Shown: positions 25,897 to 35,105, counted from the first letter of the stretch. The stretch: DNA of 40,464 bases from an uncultured Pelagibacterales bacterium (GCA_913020625.1 CAJVZX010000001.1:1-40464), one strand, 5' to 3'. Numbers and translations: made by a program. Notes: generated by a model not told the origin, from the letters alone.

Positions 25897-26318
25897 AAAT
25901 TTTCCAAAATTTGTAATACCGCAGAAACTGCTTCACCACCTTTATTTTTTTCATTAGGATCAGCTCTTTCAATGGCTTGATGCATATTTAGGCAAGTTAT
26001 AATTCCATTACCTATTGGTTTCTTATTTTTAACGGATAAATCCATTATTGCATTTACAACAGCTTTGGAAATTAAATCGAAATGTGGAGTTTCTCCTTTA
26101 ATAACACAGCCTAAAGCCACAAAAGCATCATATTTGCTTATTAGTTTCGCTATTGTCACAGGTATTTCAAAAACCCCGGAGACATGGATGGTATCGTGAC
26201 CAATTTTTAATATATTTTTAGATTCTGCTTCTAATATTCTTCTGGTAGAACCTTCCATCAACATATTTGTAATATCTGGATAATAATCTGCTAGAACTAG
26301 ACAAATTTTTTTTTTCAT
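25893..26318 (-). CDS. ribH: 6,7-dimethyl-8-ribityllumazine synthase
   Basis: 141-aa ORF with VSGVFEIP and LGCVIKGETPHFDLI. Confidence 0.9.
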   Translation of the reverse strand: MKKKICLVLADYYPDITNMLMEGSTRRILEAESKNILKIGHDTIHVSGVFEIPVTIAKLISKYDAFVALGCVIKGETPHFDLISKAVVNAIMDLSVKNKKPIGNGIITCLNMHQAIERADPNEKNKGGEAVSAVLQILENF

Positions 26319-27418
26319 TTAATTATTTCCTGTTTGGTAATTTTTATACCATAACCTTCTAATCCAATAACTTTCTTTTTTGATCTAGTAACTAATATCA
26401 TATTCTTAATTTTTAAAGCTTTAATTATTTGTGCGCCTAAACCAGAGTTTCTAATCAGCTTATCTTCGCCGGTTTTATAAAACTCTTTACTCTTATATCC
26501 TTTTAAAGTTTCAGAAACGGATTTTAGATTTGAATCCCTTATAAAGATTAAAACACAATCTTTATGATTTTTAAAATATTTGATAGTTCGATTGAATAAA
26601 TTAGGTAATTTTTCACCCATTAAATAATTTTTAACTATATTTGATGAAATAACCCTAACTCTAGGATTTTTATTTTTTTTGATATTTCCCTTAACTAAAG
26701 CAAAATTTTCAGACCCATCTAATAAACTTTCAAAAATTTTAATATTATAATTTTGCTTTTTAATTTCAATAATTGAGGATTTCTTAAACTTTATTAATTT
26801 TTCTCGATTAAAGCGATATGCAATTAAATCATTAATTTTACCTAATTTTATTTTATGTTTTTTTGAAAAATTAAATAATTGTTTTCCTCTGGCCATTGTT
26901 CCATCTTCATTCATTATTTCACAAATAACTGCAGAATCTCCACATTTAGACAATTTAGATATATCGACAGATGCCTCTGTATGACCCGCTCTAACCAAGA
27001 CACCACCGTTTTTAGAAACTAGTGGAAAAACATGTCCAGGAGAAACAATTTTTTTTTGTGAAACATTTTTTTTAATTGCTGTTTTAATTGTAAGTGCTCT
27101 ATCATAAGCTGAAATACCAGTTGTAATTCCATATCTTGCATCAATCGAAACAGTAAAAGCAGTTTGGGTTCTAGATTTATTAATAGGAGACATTAAGGAT
27201 AAATTAAGTTTATTCACTTGAGATTGAGTTAAGGCTAAACATATAAGGCCCCTTCCATATTTAGCCATGAAATTAATTGAATTTGCTGATACTTTGGTTG
27301 CTGGAATAACAAGATCTCCTTCATTTTCTCTTCCTTCGTCGTCAACCAAAATAAACATTTTTCCATGCCTAGCATCTTTTAATATCTCACTAATTTTTGA
27401 AAAATTGATTTTTTTCAT
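26315..27418 (-). CDS. ribB: 3,4-dihydroxy-2-butanone-4-phosphate synthase fused to a degenerate GTP cyclohydrolase II-like domain (RibBX-type)
   Basis: 367-aa ORF. The N-half is RibB (DDEGRENEGDL, RAGHTEASVD). The C-half aligns to RibA but lacks the Zn-binding Cys residues: RVISSN replaces RVHSEC, and there is no RCDCG. Confidence 0.8.
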   Translation of the reverse strand: MKKINFSKISEILKDARHGKMFILVDDEGRENEGDLVIPATKVSANSINFMAKYGRGLICLALTQSQVNKLNLSLMSPINKSRTQTAFTVSIDARYGITTGISAYDRALTIKTAIKKNVSQKKIVSPGHVFPLVSKNGGVLVRAGHTEASVDISKLSKCGDSAVICEIMNEDGTMARGKQLFNFSKKHKIKLGKINDLIAYRFNREKLIKFKKSSIIEIKKQNYNIKIFESLLDGSENFALVKGNIKKNKNPRVRVISSNIVKNYLMGEKLPNLFNRTIKYFKNHKDCVLIFIRDSNLKSVSETLKGYKSKEFYKTGEDKLIRNSGLGAQIIKALKIKNMILVTRSKKKVIGLEGYGIKITKQEIIK

Positions 27419-27999
27419 TTTATAAAACTTTTTATATATTTGCCAAAAACATCAAATTCAACATTAACTAAGTCTTTTCTCTTTAAATACGATAAATTTG
27501 TCGATTTGAGGGTGTAAGGGATAGCAGCAATTTGAAATCCATTTTTTAAAATTTTTGAAATTGTTAAAGAAACACCATTAATTGCAATAGAGCCCTTTTG
27601 AATTAAGTATTTATTATATTTTTTTGCCAATTTAAAATTAATAAGCCAAGACTTGCCTACTAAATCGATGCTCATTACTGTACAGGTAGTATCGATATGG
27701 CCTTGAACAAAATGTCCAGATATTCGATCTTTATATTTTAAAGATTTTTCCATATTTATAATATCACCTCTAATAGAAAAATTAAAATTAGTTCTGTTTA
27801 AAGTTTCTTTAGAAATATAAAATTTACTTATTTTACCTTTATATTTTTCTAAAGTTAAACATGCGCCTGAACATGAAATAGAAGTTCCAATTTCCTTTTT
27901 TGTAAATTTCATTTTAGAAAAAATTTCTACAAAACAATTTTCTTTATTTCTATAAATTCTACTAATTTTACCTGTCTGTTTGATTATTCCGTTAAACAT
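27415..27999 (-). CDS. ribE: riboflavin synthase alpha chain
   Basis: 194-aa ORF starting MFNGII, with duplicated lumazine-binding repeats (GACLTL / GVSLTI). Confidence 0.9.
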   Translation of the reverse strand: MFNGIIKQTGKISRIYRNKENCFVEIFSKMKFTKKEIGTSISCSGACLTLEKYKGKISKFYISKETLNRTNFNFSIRGDIINMEKSLKYKDRISGHFVQGHIDTTCTVMSIDLVGKSWLINFKLAKKYNKYLIQKGSIAINGVSLTISKILKNGFQIAAIPYTLKSTNLSYLKRKDLVNVEFDVFGKYIKSFIK

Positions 28000-29102
28000 T
28001 ATGCAAATCTGTAAGTGATTAATTTATCCCCATGTAAATTAACTTTTTCATTAACAAACTTTATATTTTTTGAAAATAATTTCATTGCTTTTTTAAAATT
28101 ATTACTTCCATTGTGGCCAAGTTTTTTACTTGATATAAAAAGGTGCAAATCATCAATTAAACCTTCCGTCAAAAAATGTGTAGTCAGTTTTATTCCAGAT
28201 TCCAAAAAAATTCTTGAAAAACCAAATTTTTTAATTTTAAAAAGAATTTTTTTTATATCAAGACTTCCATCTTCTTTTAAAGAAGTCTTAACAAGTTTTA
28301 CTTTTAAATTCTTTAATGTCTTAATTTTTTTTTTATTATTTCTATTAAAAAAAATAATTGTTCGGTATTTATATGCAGTTTTAACGATAGTAGATCTGAT
28401 TGACGTTTCTAATCTTTTGTCTAATATAACCCGAGTCGGTGAACGTTTTTCCAAACCCATTATTCTGCATGTTAAAGATGAATTATCATCAGCAATAGTT
28501 TTTGAGCTGCTTAAGATGCAATCATGATTTTTTCTCATTAAGTGCACTCTTCCACGAGAGAATTCATTTGTAATCCATTTTCCTTTCTTATTTTTTGTAT
28601 AAAAATCTTTCGACACAGCCATTTTTGCTGTTACAAAAGGTAAACCACATACTTTACTTTTATAATAACTCCTGTAAAAATTTTTCACTTCGGAAGATAG
28701 AATTCCACAGTGTGCTTTAACTCTATTTTTTTTAAATTGCTTTATGCTTTTATTATTTGATCTTGGGTCAGGGTCTTTTAAAGAAAAGAAAACTTTTTTG
28801 ATTTTATTTTTAATAATTGACTTAACGCATGGTGGTGTTTTGCCATAACTTGAACAAGGCTCTAAGGTTACATATAAATAAGAATCTTTTATATCATTAC
28901 TCGAATAGCTTAATGCATTATGCTCTGCATGTGGTCTTCCTTTGATGCCAGTGCATCCTGTTGATATAACAAAATTATTCTTAACAATAACACACCCAAC
29001 GGTTGGATTTTTACTCGTATTTCCTAAATTTTTTTTTGCTTGCATTAAAGCAAGGTTCATAAAAAAATTATGCGATGAATTTTTATTCTGATTTATAGAC
29101 AT
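27999..29102 (-). CDS. ribD: bifunctional diaminohydroxyphosphoribosylaminopyrimidine deaminase / 5-amino-6-(5-phosphoribosylamino)uracil reductase
   Basis: 367-aa ORF with the deaminase Zn motif HAEHNAL ... [14 protein letters not shown] and a C-terminal reductase domain. The start at 29102 overlaps nrdR by 20 nt. The conserved FMxxALxxA lies after M1, which supports the upstream start. Confidence 0.9.
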   Translation of the reverse strand: MSINQNKNSSHNFFMNLALMQAKKNLGNTSKNPTVGCVIVKNNFVISTGCTGIKGRPHAEHNALSYSSNDIKDSYLYVTLEPCSSYGKTPPCVKSIIKNKIKKVFFSLKDPDPRSNNKSIKQFKKNRVKAHCGILSSEVKNFYRSYYKSKVCGLPFVTAKMAVSKDFYTKNKKGKWITNEFSRGRVHLMRKNHDCILSSSKTIADDNSSLTCRIMGLEKRSPTRVILDKRLETSIRSTIVKTAYKYRTIIFFNRNNKKKIKTLKNLKVKLVKTSLKEDGSLDIKKILFKIKKFGFSRIFLESGIKLTTHFLTEGLIDDLHLFISSKKLGHNGSNNFKKAMKLFSKNIKFVNEKVNLHGDKLITYRFA

Positions 29103-29547
29103 TCAAGTTGCCAATGAATTGTTCAAAATCTTTCGCTTCCTTAAAATTTCTATAAACTGAAGCAAAACGAACATAAGCTACTTGATCTAGATTTGAGAGG
29201 CCATCCATTATAAATTTACCTATAGTAGATGTTGGAATTTCATTTTCACCAAGACCTTCTAGATTTCTTACAATTTTTGAAATAAAACTTTCTACAGTCT
29301 CGCTATCAATGGGCCTTTTTCGAAGAGCAATCGTGATCGATTTTGCAATTTTGTCTCTATCAAAAGGAGCTCGTCGACCACTATTTTTAATCACAGTTAA
29401 TTCACGAAATTGGACTCTTTCAAAAGTTGTAAAACGTTCTTTTCTTTCACAAGAGCACACTCTTCGCCTTCTGATTGCGGTTCCATCTTCGGTGGGTCTA
29501 GAATCCACAACTGAAGTATCTTTTTTTCTGCAAAAAGGACAAAGCAT
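29083..29547 (-). CDS. nrdR: transcriptional repressor NrdR
   Basis: 154-aa ORF with MLCPFC ... [17 protein letters not shown] ... RFTTFE and an ATP-cone domain. The second zinc knuckle reads CSC instead of CxxC. Confidence 0.9.
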   Translation of the reverse strand: MLCPFCRKKDTSVVDSRPTEDGTAIRRRRVCSCERKERFTTFERVQFRELTVIKNSGRRAPFDRDKIAKSITIALRKRPIDSETVESFISKIVRNLEGLGENEIPTSTIGKFIMDGLSNLDQVAYVRFASVYRNFKEAKDFEQFIGNLNVYKSE

Positions 29548-29550
29548 ATA

Positions 29551-30867
29551 TTATTTTTTACTCAAGTGGTTATATATTCGAAAATTCGAACAAAGTAAAA
29601 TAACTTCTTTTTTCACCTCAGATTCAATTTTGCTATTATCATTAGGATTTTTTGATAATCCTTCTATTACTTTTGTAATTAAATTTCCAACTTTTTTAAA
29701 TTCATTAAGGCCAAAACCTCTGGTTGTTGCTGCTTGTGTACCAAGCCTTATACCAGACGTAATGGTTGGTTTTTGTGTATCAAATGGAATGCCATTTTTG
29801 TTGCAGGTAATATTCGCTTTACCTAAACTTGTTTCCGCGTCTTTACCCGTTACATTAAAAGGTCTCAAATCAACCAACATTAAATGAGTATCCGTCCCTC
29901 CTGAAAATATTTTAAAGCCATTATTTTTAAGAATTTCTGACAAAATTTTTGCATTATCAAGAACAGATTTTATATAATTTTTAAAACTAGGATGTAAAGC
30001 CTCTTGAAAAGCGACAGCTTTTGCTGCAATGATATGCATTAATGGGCCGCCTTGGTAACCTGGGAAAACTGCAGAATTAATTTTTTTAATTATATCTTCT
30101 CTGTTGGTTAATATTATTCCTCCTCTTCCACCTCTTAAAACTTTATGTGTTGTTGATGTAACAACATCAGCGTACATAATTGGATTTGGGTGTCCTTTGC
30201 CAGCTACCAATCCAGCAAAATGTGCCATATCAACCATTAAGTATGCATTCACAGTATTTGCAATTTCTTTAAATTTTTTAAAATCAATAATTCTAGAATA
30301 AGCACTCCCACCAGCAATAATAAGTTTTGGTTTATGCAATTTCGCTAACTTTTCAACTTGTTGATAATCAATAAGACCAGTTGTTTTATCTACGTCGTAA
30401 TGAAATGAATTTAACCATTTACCAGAAAGCGCAACTTTTGCTCCATGAGTTAGATGACCTCCAGAGTTTAAACTCATACCAAGTATTGGGTCTCCTGGAT
30501 TTAAAAGCGCAAGATATACCGCTCCATTAGCTTGGGCGCCCGAGTGTGGTTGAACATTTGCATATTTGCATTCAAATAATTTTTTTACTCTATCTAATGC
30601 TAAATCCTCAGCAATATCGACATACTCACATCCACCATAATATCTTCTTCCAGGATAACCTTCAGCATACTTGTTTGTCATTATCGAGCCCTGAGCATCT
30701 AGTACAGATTTTGAAACAATGTTTTCAGATGCAATTAATTCAATATGTTGTTGTTGTCTTTCAAGCTCAAGTTTTATGGAATTATATAATTCTGGATCAG
30801 CGGTTGATAAATCTTTGTCGAAAAAGGATTCGTAGTCTTCGGATAGATATTTGTTCAATTCTGTCAT
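29551..30867 (-). CDS. glyA: serine hydroxymethyltransferase
   Basis: 438-aa ORF with ELIASEN and [16 protein letters not shown] (PLP Lys). Confidence 0.95.
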   Translation of the reverse strand: MTELNKYLSEDYESFFDKDLSTADPELYNSIKLELERQQQHIELIASENIVSKSVLDAQGSIMTNKYAEGYPGRRYYGGCEYVDIAEDLALDRVKKLFECKYANVQPHSGAQANGAVYLALLNPGDPILGMSLNSGGHLTHGAKVALSGKWLNSFHYDVDKTTGLIDYQQVEKLAKLHKPKLIIAGGSAYSRIIDFKKFKEIANTVNAYLMVDMAHFAGLVAGKGHPNPIMYADVVTSTTHKVLRGGRGGIILTNREDIIKKINSAVFPGYQGGPLMHIIAAKAVAFQEALHPSFKNYIKSVLDNAKILSEILKNNGFKIFSGGTDTHLMLVDLRPFNVTGKDAETSLGKANITCNKNGIPFDTQKPTITSGIRLGTQAATTRGFGLNEFKKVGNLITKVIEGLSKNPNDNSKIESEVKKEVILLCSNFRIYNHLSKK

Positions 30868-30873
30868 AACGTT

Positions 30874-31299
30874 TTAAATTTTTTTTACTCTACGTAAATG
30901 GCGACCGCCTTCAAAATTAGTTTTTAAAAAAACAGATACGCACTTTAAAGCCATGTTTTTATTAGTTAATCTTGCGCCTAATGTCATTACATTAGCATTA
31001 TTGTGTTGCCTGCTTAATTTCGTAGACTTGACATTATAACATAGTGCGGCTCTAATATTTTTATGACGATTTGCAACCATATTCATTCCGATGCCAGAAC
31101 CACAGATCAATATTCCAATTTGCTTACTATTTTTTTTAATCTTTTTTGATAATAAATGAGCAAAATCAGGATAATCAACTGAATTGGCGTTTTTTGTTCC
31201 TAGGTCCAAAACTTTTTTTCTCTTTTTTATTAAAAATTTTTTAATTATTTCTTTTAATTTAAAACCACCATGGTCCGATGCTAGAATAACGTTTTTCAC
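30874..31299 (-). CDS. rpiB: ribose-5-phosphate isomerase B
   Basis: 141-aa ORF with a GTG start, plus ASDHGG and ILICGSGIGMNMVANR. Confidence 0.85.
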   Translation of the reverse strand: MKNVILASDHGGFKLKEIIKKFLIKKRKKVLDLGTKNANSVDYPDFAHLLSKKIKKNSKQIGILICGSGIGMNMVANRHKNIRAALCYNVKSTKLSRQHNNANVMTLGARLTNKNMALKCVSVFLKTNFEGGRHLRRVKKI

Positions 31300-31323
31300 T
31301 TTTCTATTTTTCTCTCGACTTCG

Positions 31324-31338
31324 ATAAAGTTAAAAATT
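31324..31338. repeat. copy 1 of exact 15-bp direct repeat ATAAAGTTAAAAATT in the rpiB/hemB divergent region
   Basis: Read directly. It lies 24 nt from the rpiB start codon. Confidence 0.85.
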
Positions 31339-31402
31339 GATCTAAATATATAGTATAATAATATATATACCACAATATTTTGACTATATTAATCATTATA
31401 AT

Positions 31403-31417
31403 ATAAAGTTAAAAATT
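31403..31417. repeat. copy 2 of exact 15-bp direct repeat ATAAAGTTAAAAATT
   Basis: Read directly. It lies 19 nt upstream of the hemB ATG. Confidence 0.85.
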
Positions 31418-31436
31418 AATTAGGATATATTATTAT

Positions 31437-32426
31437 ATGAAAAGTGTTGGCACTTACCCCAGTACAAGATTAAGAAGAAATAGAAAAAGAGATTGGACCA
31501 GAAGATTAGTTCAAGAAAATACATTATCACCAAGCGATTTGATATGGCCCATATTTATTAGAGATGGAAAAAATATAAAAGAACCAATAAAAACAATGCC
31601 TGGAATATATAGGTATTCACTAGATAAAATAGAAAAATTAGTGGAAAAAGCAATCGAACAAAAAATTCCTATGATAGCATTATTCCCAAACACTCCTTTT
31701 TACAAAAAAGATAACAGAGGTTCCGAGGCTCTTAATAGAAATAACTTAATATGTAAAGCTTTAAGACTCATAAAAAAAAATTATAACGAAATTGGAATAA
31801 TGTGCGATGTTGCCTTAGATCCATATACTAAACATGGTCATGACGGAATTATAAATAAAAGTTACGTAGATAACGATGCAACAATAAAAATATTGGTAAA
31901 ACAATCACTTCTTCAGGCTGAAATGGGATGTGATGTAATAGCACCATCAGATATGATGGATGGTAGAATTGGAGAAATAAGAAAAGCTTTGGATAAGAAA
32001 GACTTTAAATTAGTTCAAATACTATCTTATGCAGTAAAGTATGCTTCTAATTTTTATGGACCTTTCAGAGATGCAGTTGGATCAAACAAACTATTAAAAA
32101 GTAATAAAAAAAACTATCAAATGGATTATAAAAACTCTAAAGAAGCTCTTAGAGAGGTCGCTTTGGATATCAAAGAGGGAGCCGACTTTGTAATGGTAAA
32201 ACCAGGAATGCCATATCTAGACATAATAAAATTAATTAAAGATAGTTTTAAGATACCTGTTTTTGCCTATCAGGTTTCTGGAGAGTATAGTTTAATCAGA
32301 AAAGGAATAGATGATAAAATTATTGATGAAAATGCTATTGTTGAAAGTTTAATGTCCTTTAAAAGAGCTGGAGCAAGCGCAATTGTTACGTATTTCGCAG
32401 ATGAAATTGCAAAAAAACTAAGATAA
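31437..32426 (+). CDS. hemB: porphobilinogen synthase (delta-aminolevulinate dehydratase), Asp-rich (non-Zn) type
   Basis: 329-aa ORF with TRLRRNR and CDVALDPYTKHGHDG (Asp-rich rather than Cys-rich metal site). The active-site Lys contexts are VKYASNFYGPFR and VMVKPG. Confidence 0.95.
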   Translation: MKSVGTYPSTRLRRNRKRDWTRRLVQENTLSPSDLIWPIFIRDGKNIKEPIKTMPGIYRYSLDKIEKLVEKAIEQKIPMIALFPNTPFYKKDNRGSEALNRNNLICKALRLIKKNYNEIGIMCDVALDPYTKHGHDGIINKSYVDNDATIKILVKQSLLQAEMGCDVIAPSDMMDGRIGEIRKALDKKDFKLVQILSYAVKYASNFYGPFRDAVGSNKLLKSNKKNYQMDYKNSKEALREVALDIKEGADFVMVKPGMPYLDIIKLIKDSFKIPVFAYQVSGEYSLIRKGIDDKIIDENAIVESLMSFKRAGASAIVTYFADEIAKKLR

Positions 32427-32639
32427 CCACCACCATTTCTTTTTTTTTCCCCATTTAATTTTATTCCAAACTCTCTCATGGAAATAATAGATGAACATTT
32501 TAGTAATAACTTCTATTCCGGCAATTGATCCTCCCATCTTCCAATTGCCAGTAATTACCCAAGCAATTACAAAAGTATCTAATGATGCTGCGATTCTCCA
32601 AGTAATTGTTTTTAATAAAGACCTTTTAAAAAGTTCCAT
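32418..32639 (-). CDS. small DUF2061-like membrane protein
   Basis: 73-aa ORF with KTITWRIAASLDTFVIAWVITG ... KMFIYYFHERVWNKIKW. Its 3' end overlaps the hemB 3' end by 9 nt (convergent). Confidence 0.6.
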   Translation of the reverse strand: MELFKRSLLKTITWRIAASLDTFVIAWVITGNWKMGGSIAGIEVITKMFIYYFHERVWNKIKWGKKKKWWWLS

Positions 32640-32644
32640 GGTTG

Positions 32645-33316
32645 TTAAATATAATATTTTTCTAAAATATTTCTTGAAATAGGAAAACTAAGATGATTTG
32701 GCAAAACAAAATTTTCTAAAATAATGTTTTTGTTAAATTGCAACGCCTCTTTAGTGTCTTTTTTTGAAAATTTGATTACATTCTGCTTTAGGTAAAAATT
32801 TGGAATTTTGAAATATTTGCCATTTATTTCAATAGTTACGTTTGCTGCATTTGTATTTTTCTTATTATTATTAAAATCTATTTCATAACCTAATTCTTTA
32901 ATCAAAAATAATTCCCAATAAATATAACGATTTATCCAATTGGCAGAATTAAAAAAATTTAGCATTTTCTCAAATGAACTATAAATTTTTGTATTAATTT
33001 GTCTTTCGGGTAATAGAATTTTTAGAAATGTACATGCTGATAATAAACAAATGGTTTTTCTTTTATCGTCAAAAAAAGATGGAGATATTGCTTTAAAAAG
33101 TTCTGTATTAAAATATCCTATTTTGTTTTCATTTTTCGACTTAAAATTTAATAATAATTTATTTCCTACTTGAAAAAATCTCTTTTGCTTTCTTGAAGAC
33201 CCTCCATATACTATTCCAGAGCACTTTCCGTGTCTTAAAGTAAAAGTTTCAATGATAATTGAATTTTCGTTAAAATTATTTTTGGATAATAAATAACCTT
33301 CGTCATGCCAATGCAT
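32645..33316 (-). CDS. recO: DNA repair protein RecO
   Basis: 223-aa ORF with an N-terminal OB-fold-like segment (DEGYLLSKNNFNENSIIIETFTLRHGK ... GSSRK). It occupies the conserved position downstream of rnc. Sequence similarity was judged by eye only. Confidence 0.65.
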   Translation of the reverse strand: MHWHDEGYLLSKNNFNENSIIIETFTLRHGKCSGIVYGGSSRKQKRFFQVGNKLLLNFKSKNENKIGYFNTELFKAISPSFFDDKRKTICLLSACTFLKILLPERQINTKIYSSFEKMLNFFNSANWINRYIYWELFLIKELGYEIDFNNNKKNTNAANVTIEINGKYFKIPNFYLKQNVIKFSKKDTKEALQFNKNIILENFVLPNHLSFPISRNILEKYYI

Positions 33317-33318
33317 AT

Positions 33319-33987
33319 TTATCTTATATTTAAAGCTTTTATTAGTTTGTCAGCAGCGTCTTGTTCTGCCAGTTTTTTGGATTTTCCAAATCCAATAAAT
33401 TGATTAGCCCCATCAATTAAAACAGAAATCTTAAATGTTGGATTGTGCTTAGGTCCTTTCAAATTTAAAAAACGGTAAACTGGAAGTTTTTTGTAAAGTT
33501 TAAGTGAATATTCCTGTAATTTAGTTTTTGAGTCAAGAATTGTAATATGTGATTTTTTTACTTCTTTATTCCAAAGTCTTAAAACGAATTCTTTAACATA
33601 TTCATATCCTCGATCAAGATAAATGGCGCCAATCAAAGCCTCACATACGTCGCTTAAAATTTTTTCATCTTTTGGTGTAATATTTTTTTTTTGTGGCCCC
33701 ATTATAATAAAATTTTTGATGCCAATTGCCCAAGATATTGAAGCACACGTGTTTCTATTAACTAATTTTGCAAATCTTTTATCTAATATACCCTCTGGTT
33801 CATTTGGATATAAATCAAATAATTTCCTTGCAAAAATTAGGGCTATTACCCTATCGCCCAAAAATTCTAATTTCTCATTATTTATTTCTTTGTTCGCGCT
33901 TTTATGTGTTAGTGCTGTAGTAATTAGAAATTTATTTTTTATTTTAATTTTCAATCTCTTTTCAATTTTAGCTATGTTCAATCTCAT
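33319..33987 (-). CDS. rnc: ribonuclease III
   Basis: 222-aa ORF with ALTHKSA, the signature NEKLEFLGDRV and a C-terminal dsRBD (GPKHNPTF ... GKSKKLAEQDAA). Confidence 0.95.
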   Translation of the reverse strand: MRLNIAKIEKRLKIKIKNKFLITTALTHKSANKEINNEKLEFLGDRVIALIFARKLFDLYPNEPEGILDKRFAKLVNRNTCASISWAIGIKNFIIMGPQKKNITPKDEKILSDVCEALIGAIYLDRGYEYVKEFVLRLWNKEVKKSHITILDSKTKLQEYSLKLYKKLPVYRFLNLKGPKHNPTFKISVLIDGANQFIGFGKSKKLAEQDAADKLIKALNIR

Positions 33988-34712
33988 TGTATTTTTTTAA
34001 AAAAACGTTCAATTCGTAAACTTTTATTCCATTTCCAAAATTTAATAAAGCCACCTTTTTGCTTATCGTTAGAGAAAAAAATTAAACTAGCCCTACCGAC
34101 AAGATTATTAAAATGAACATAACCAACGCTACCTAAAAAACGGCTATCCTTTGAACAATCTCTATTATCTCCCATAAAAAAATAATGATTACTTGGCACT
34201 ATAAATTTATCTGTATTTAGCATTGTTCCCTCCTTTCTATAAACGGCCAAATATTTTTTATTATTTGGAAGCGTTTCTTCATATGCGTTAACATTTATTA
34301 TTTTATTACCACAATAAATTTTTTCAGTATTATTAATTTTTATGCGTTGAATTTTTTTGTCATTCAAATAAAAATCACCGTCAATAATTTGGAAAGTGTC
34401 TCCAGGAAGTCCGATTAATCTTTTTATATAATCGGTCCTGTTATCAGCCGGAGTTTTAAAAACTATTATATCGCCTCTTACGGGAGTCTTGCTAAAATAT
34501 CTATTGTTTGAAAAATTTGGACTGAAAGGCAAGGAATGACGACTGTATCCATACGAATATTTAGAAACAAACAGTCTATCACCAACCAACAGATTTGGTT
34601 CCATTGAAGATGAAGGTATGTAAAATGGCTGAAAAAGAAAACTTCTAATAATCAAAGCGATTATTAGTGCATAAAAAATTGTTTTTATATTTTCTATAAT
34701 TTTTTTTTGCAT
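33984..34712 (-). CDS. lepB: signal peptidase I
   Basis: Motifs SSSMEPNLLVGD (catalytic Ser), YIKRLIGLPGD (Lys) and GDNRDCSKDSR are present. The start is set at ATG 34712, because the track start at 34715 is TTG. Confidence 0.9.
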   Translation of the reverse strand: MQKKIIENIKTIFYALIIALIIRSFLFQPFYIPSSSMEPNLLVGDRLFVSKYSYGYSRHSLPFSPNFSNNRYFSKTPVRGDIIVFKTPADNRTDYIKRLIGLPGDTFQIIDGDFYLNDKKIQRIKINNTEKIYCGNKIINVNAYEETLPNNKKYLAVYRKEGTMLNTDKFIVPSNHYFFMGDNRDCSKDSRFLGSVGYVHFNNLVGRASLIFFSNDKQKGGFIKFWKWNKSLRIERFFKKIQ

Positions 34713-35104
34713 CAATTATAAGAAATTACGACAGTAGCTTGAGCCCAAGGTTTATCATCAGAAATAGACAAAAATATGTTATATTTTCTTTTTTTAATTT
34801 TAAGCTTAAGATATTTATCGACTGGTCCTATTAGTTTAATAGATGGCTTTCCGTAATGATCATTAAGCACTTCGATATTTTTAAATTTTATATTTTTTCT
34901 TATGCCGGTGCCCAGAGCCTTACTTAAAGCTTCTTTGGCAGCAAATCTTTTTGCATAAAATGCGCTTGGATTCTTTTTTCTTTCACAGTAAGCAATTTCA
35001 TTTTTTGAAAAAATATTTTCTTTAAATTTGTTGCCATAAATCTTTAAAGATTTTTCAACTCTTTTAATGTTTATTATATCTGTTCCAATGCCAAAAATTT
35101 TCAT
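34712..35104 (-). CDS. acpS: holo-[acyl-carrier-protein] synthase
   Basis: 130-aa ORF with GIGTDII and FAAKEALSKALGTG. Confidence 0.9.
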   Translation of the reverse strand: MKIFGIGTDIINIKRVEKSLKIYGNKFKENIFSKNEIAYCERKKNPSAFYAKRFAAKEALSKALGTGIRKNIKFKNIEVLNDHYGKPSIKLIGPVDKYLKLKIKKRKYNIFLSISDDKPWAQATVVISYN

Positions 35105-35105
35105 T

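Noticed and set aside
29309-29887. 192-aa plus-strand ORF spanning the nrdR/glyA junction, long for a genome this AT-rich
   Set aside because: It is antisense to two strongly supported, highly conserved genes. It has no recognisable motifs and a low-complexity hydrophobic composition. Long stop-free antisense frames are a known by-product of codon usage in conserved genes.
25492-31299. Looked for an FMN riboswitch, or other riboswitches, associated with the rib genes and glyA
   Set aside because: The rpiB-glyA-nrdR-ribD-ribE-ribB-ribH-nusB genes are separated by overlaps or gaps of at most 6 nt, leaving no room for a leader. The only upstream non-coding DNA (31300-31436) shows no FMN-element-like conserved core that I could recognise.
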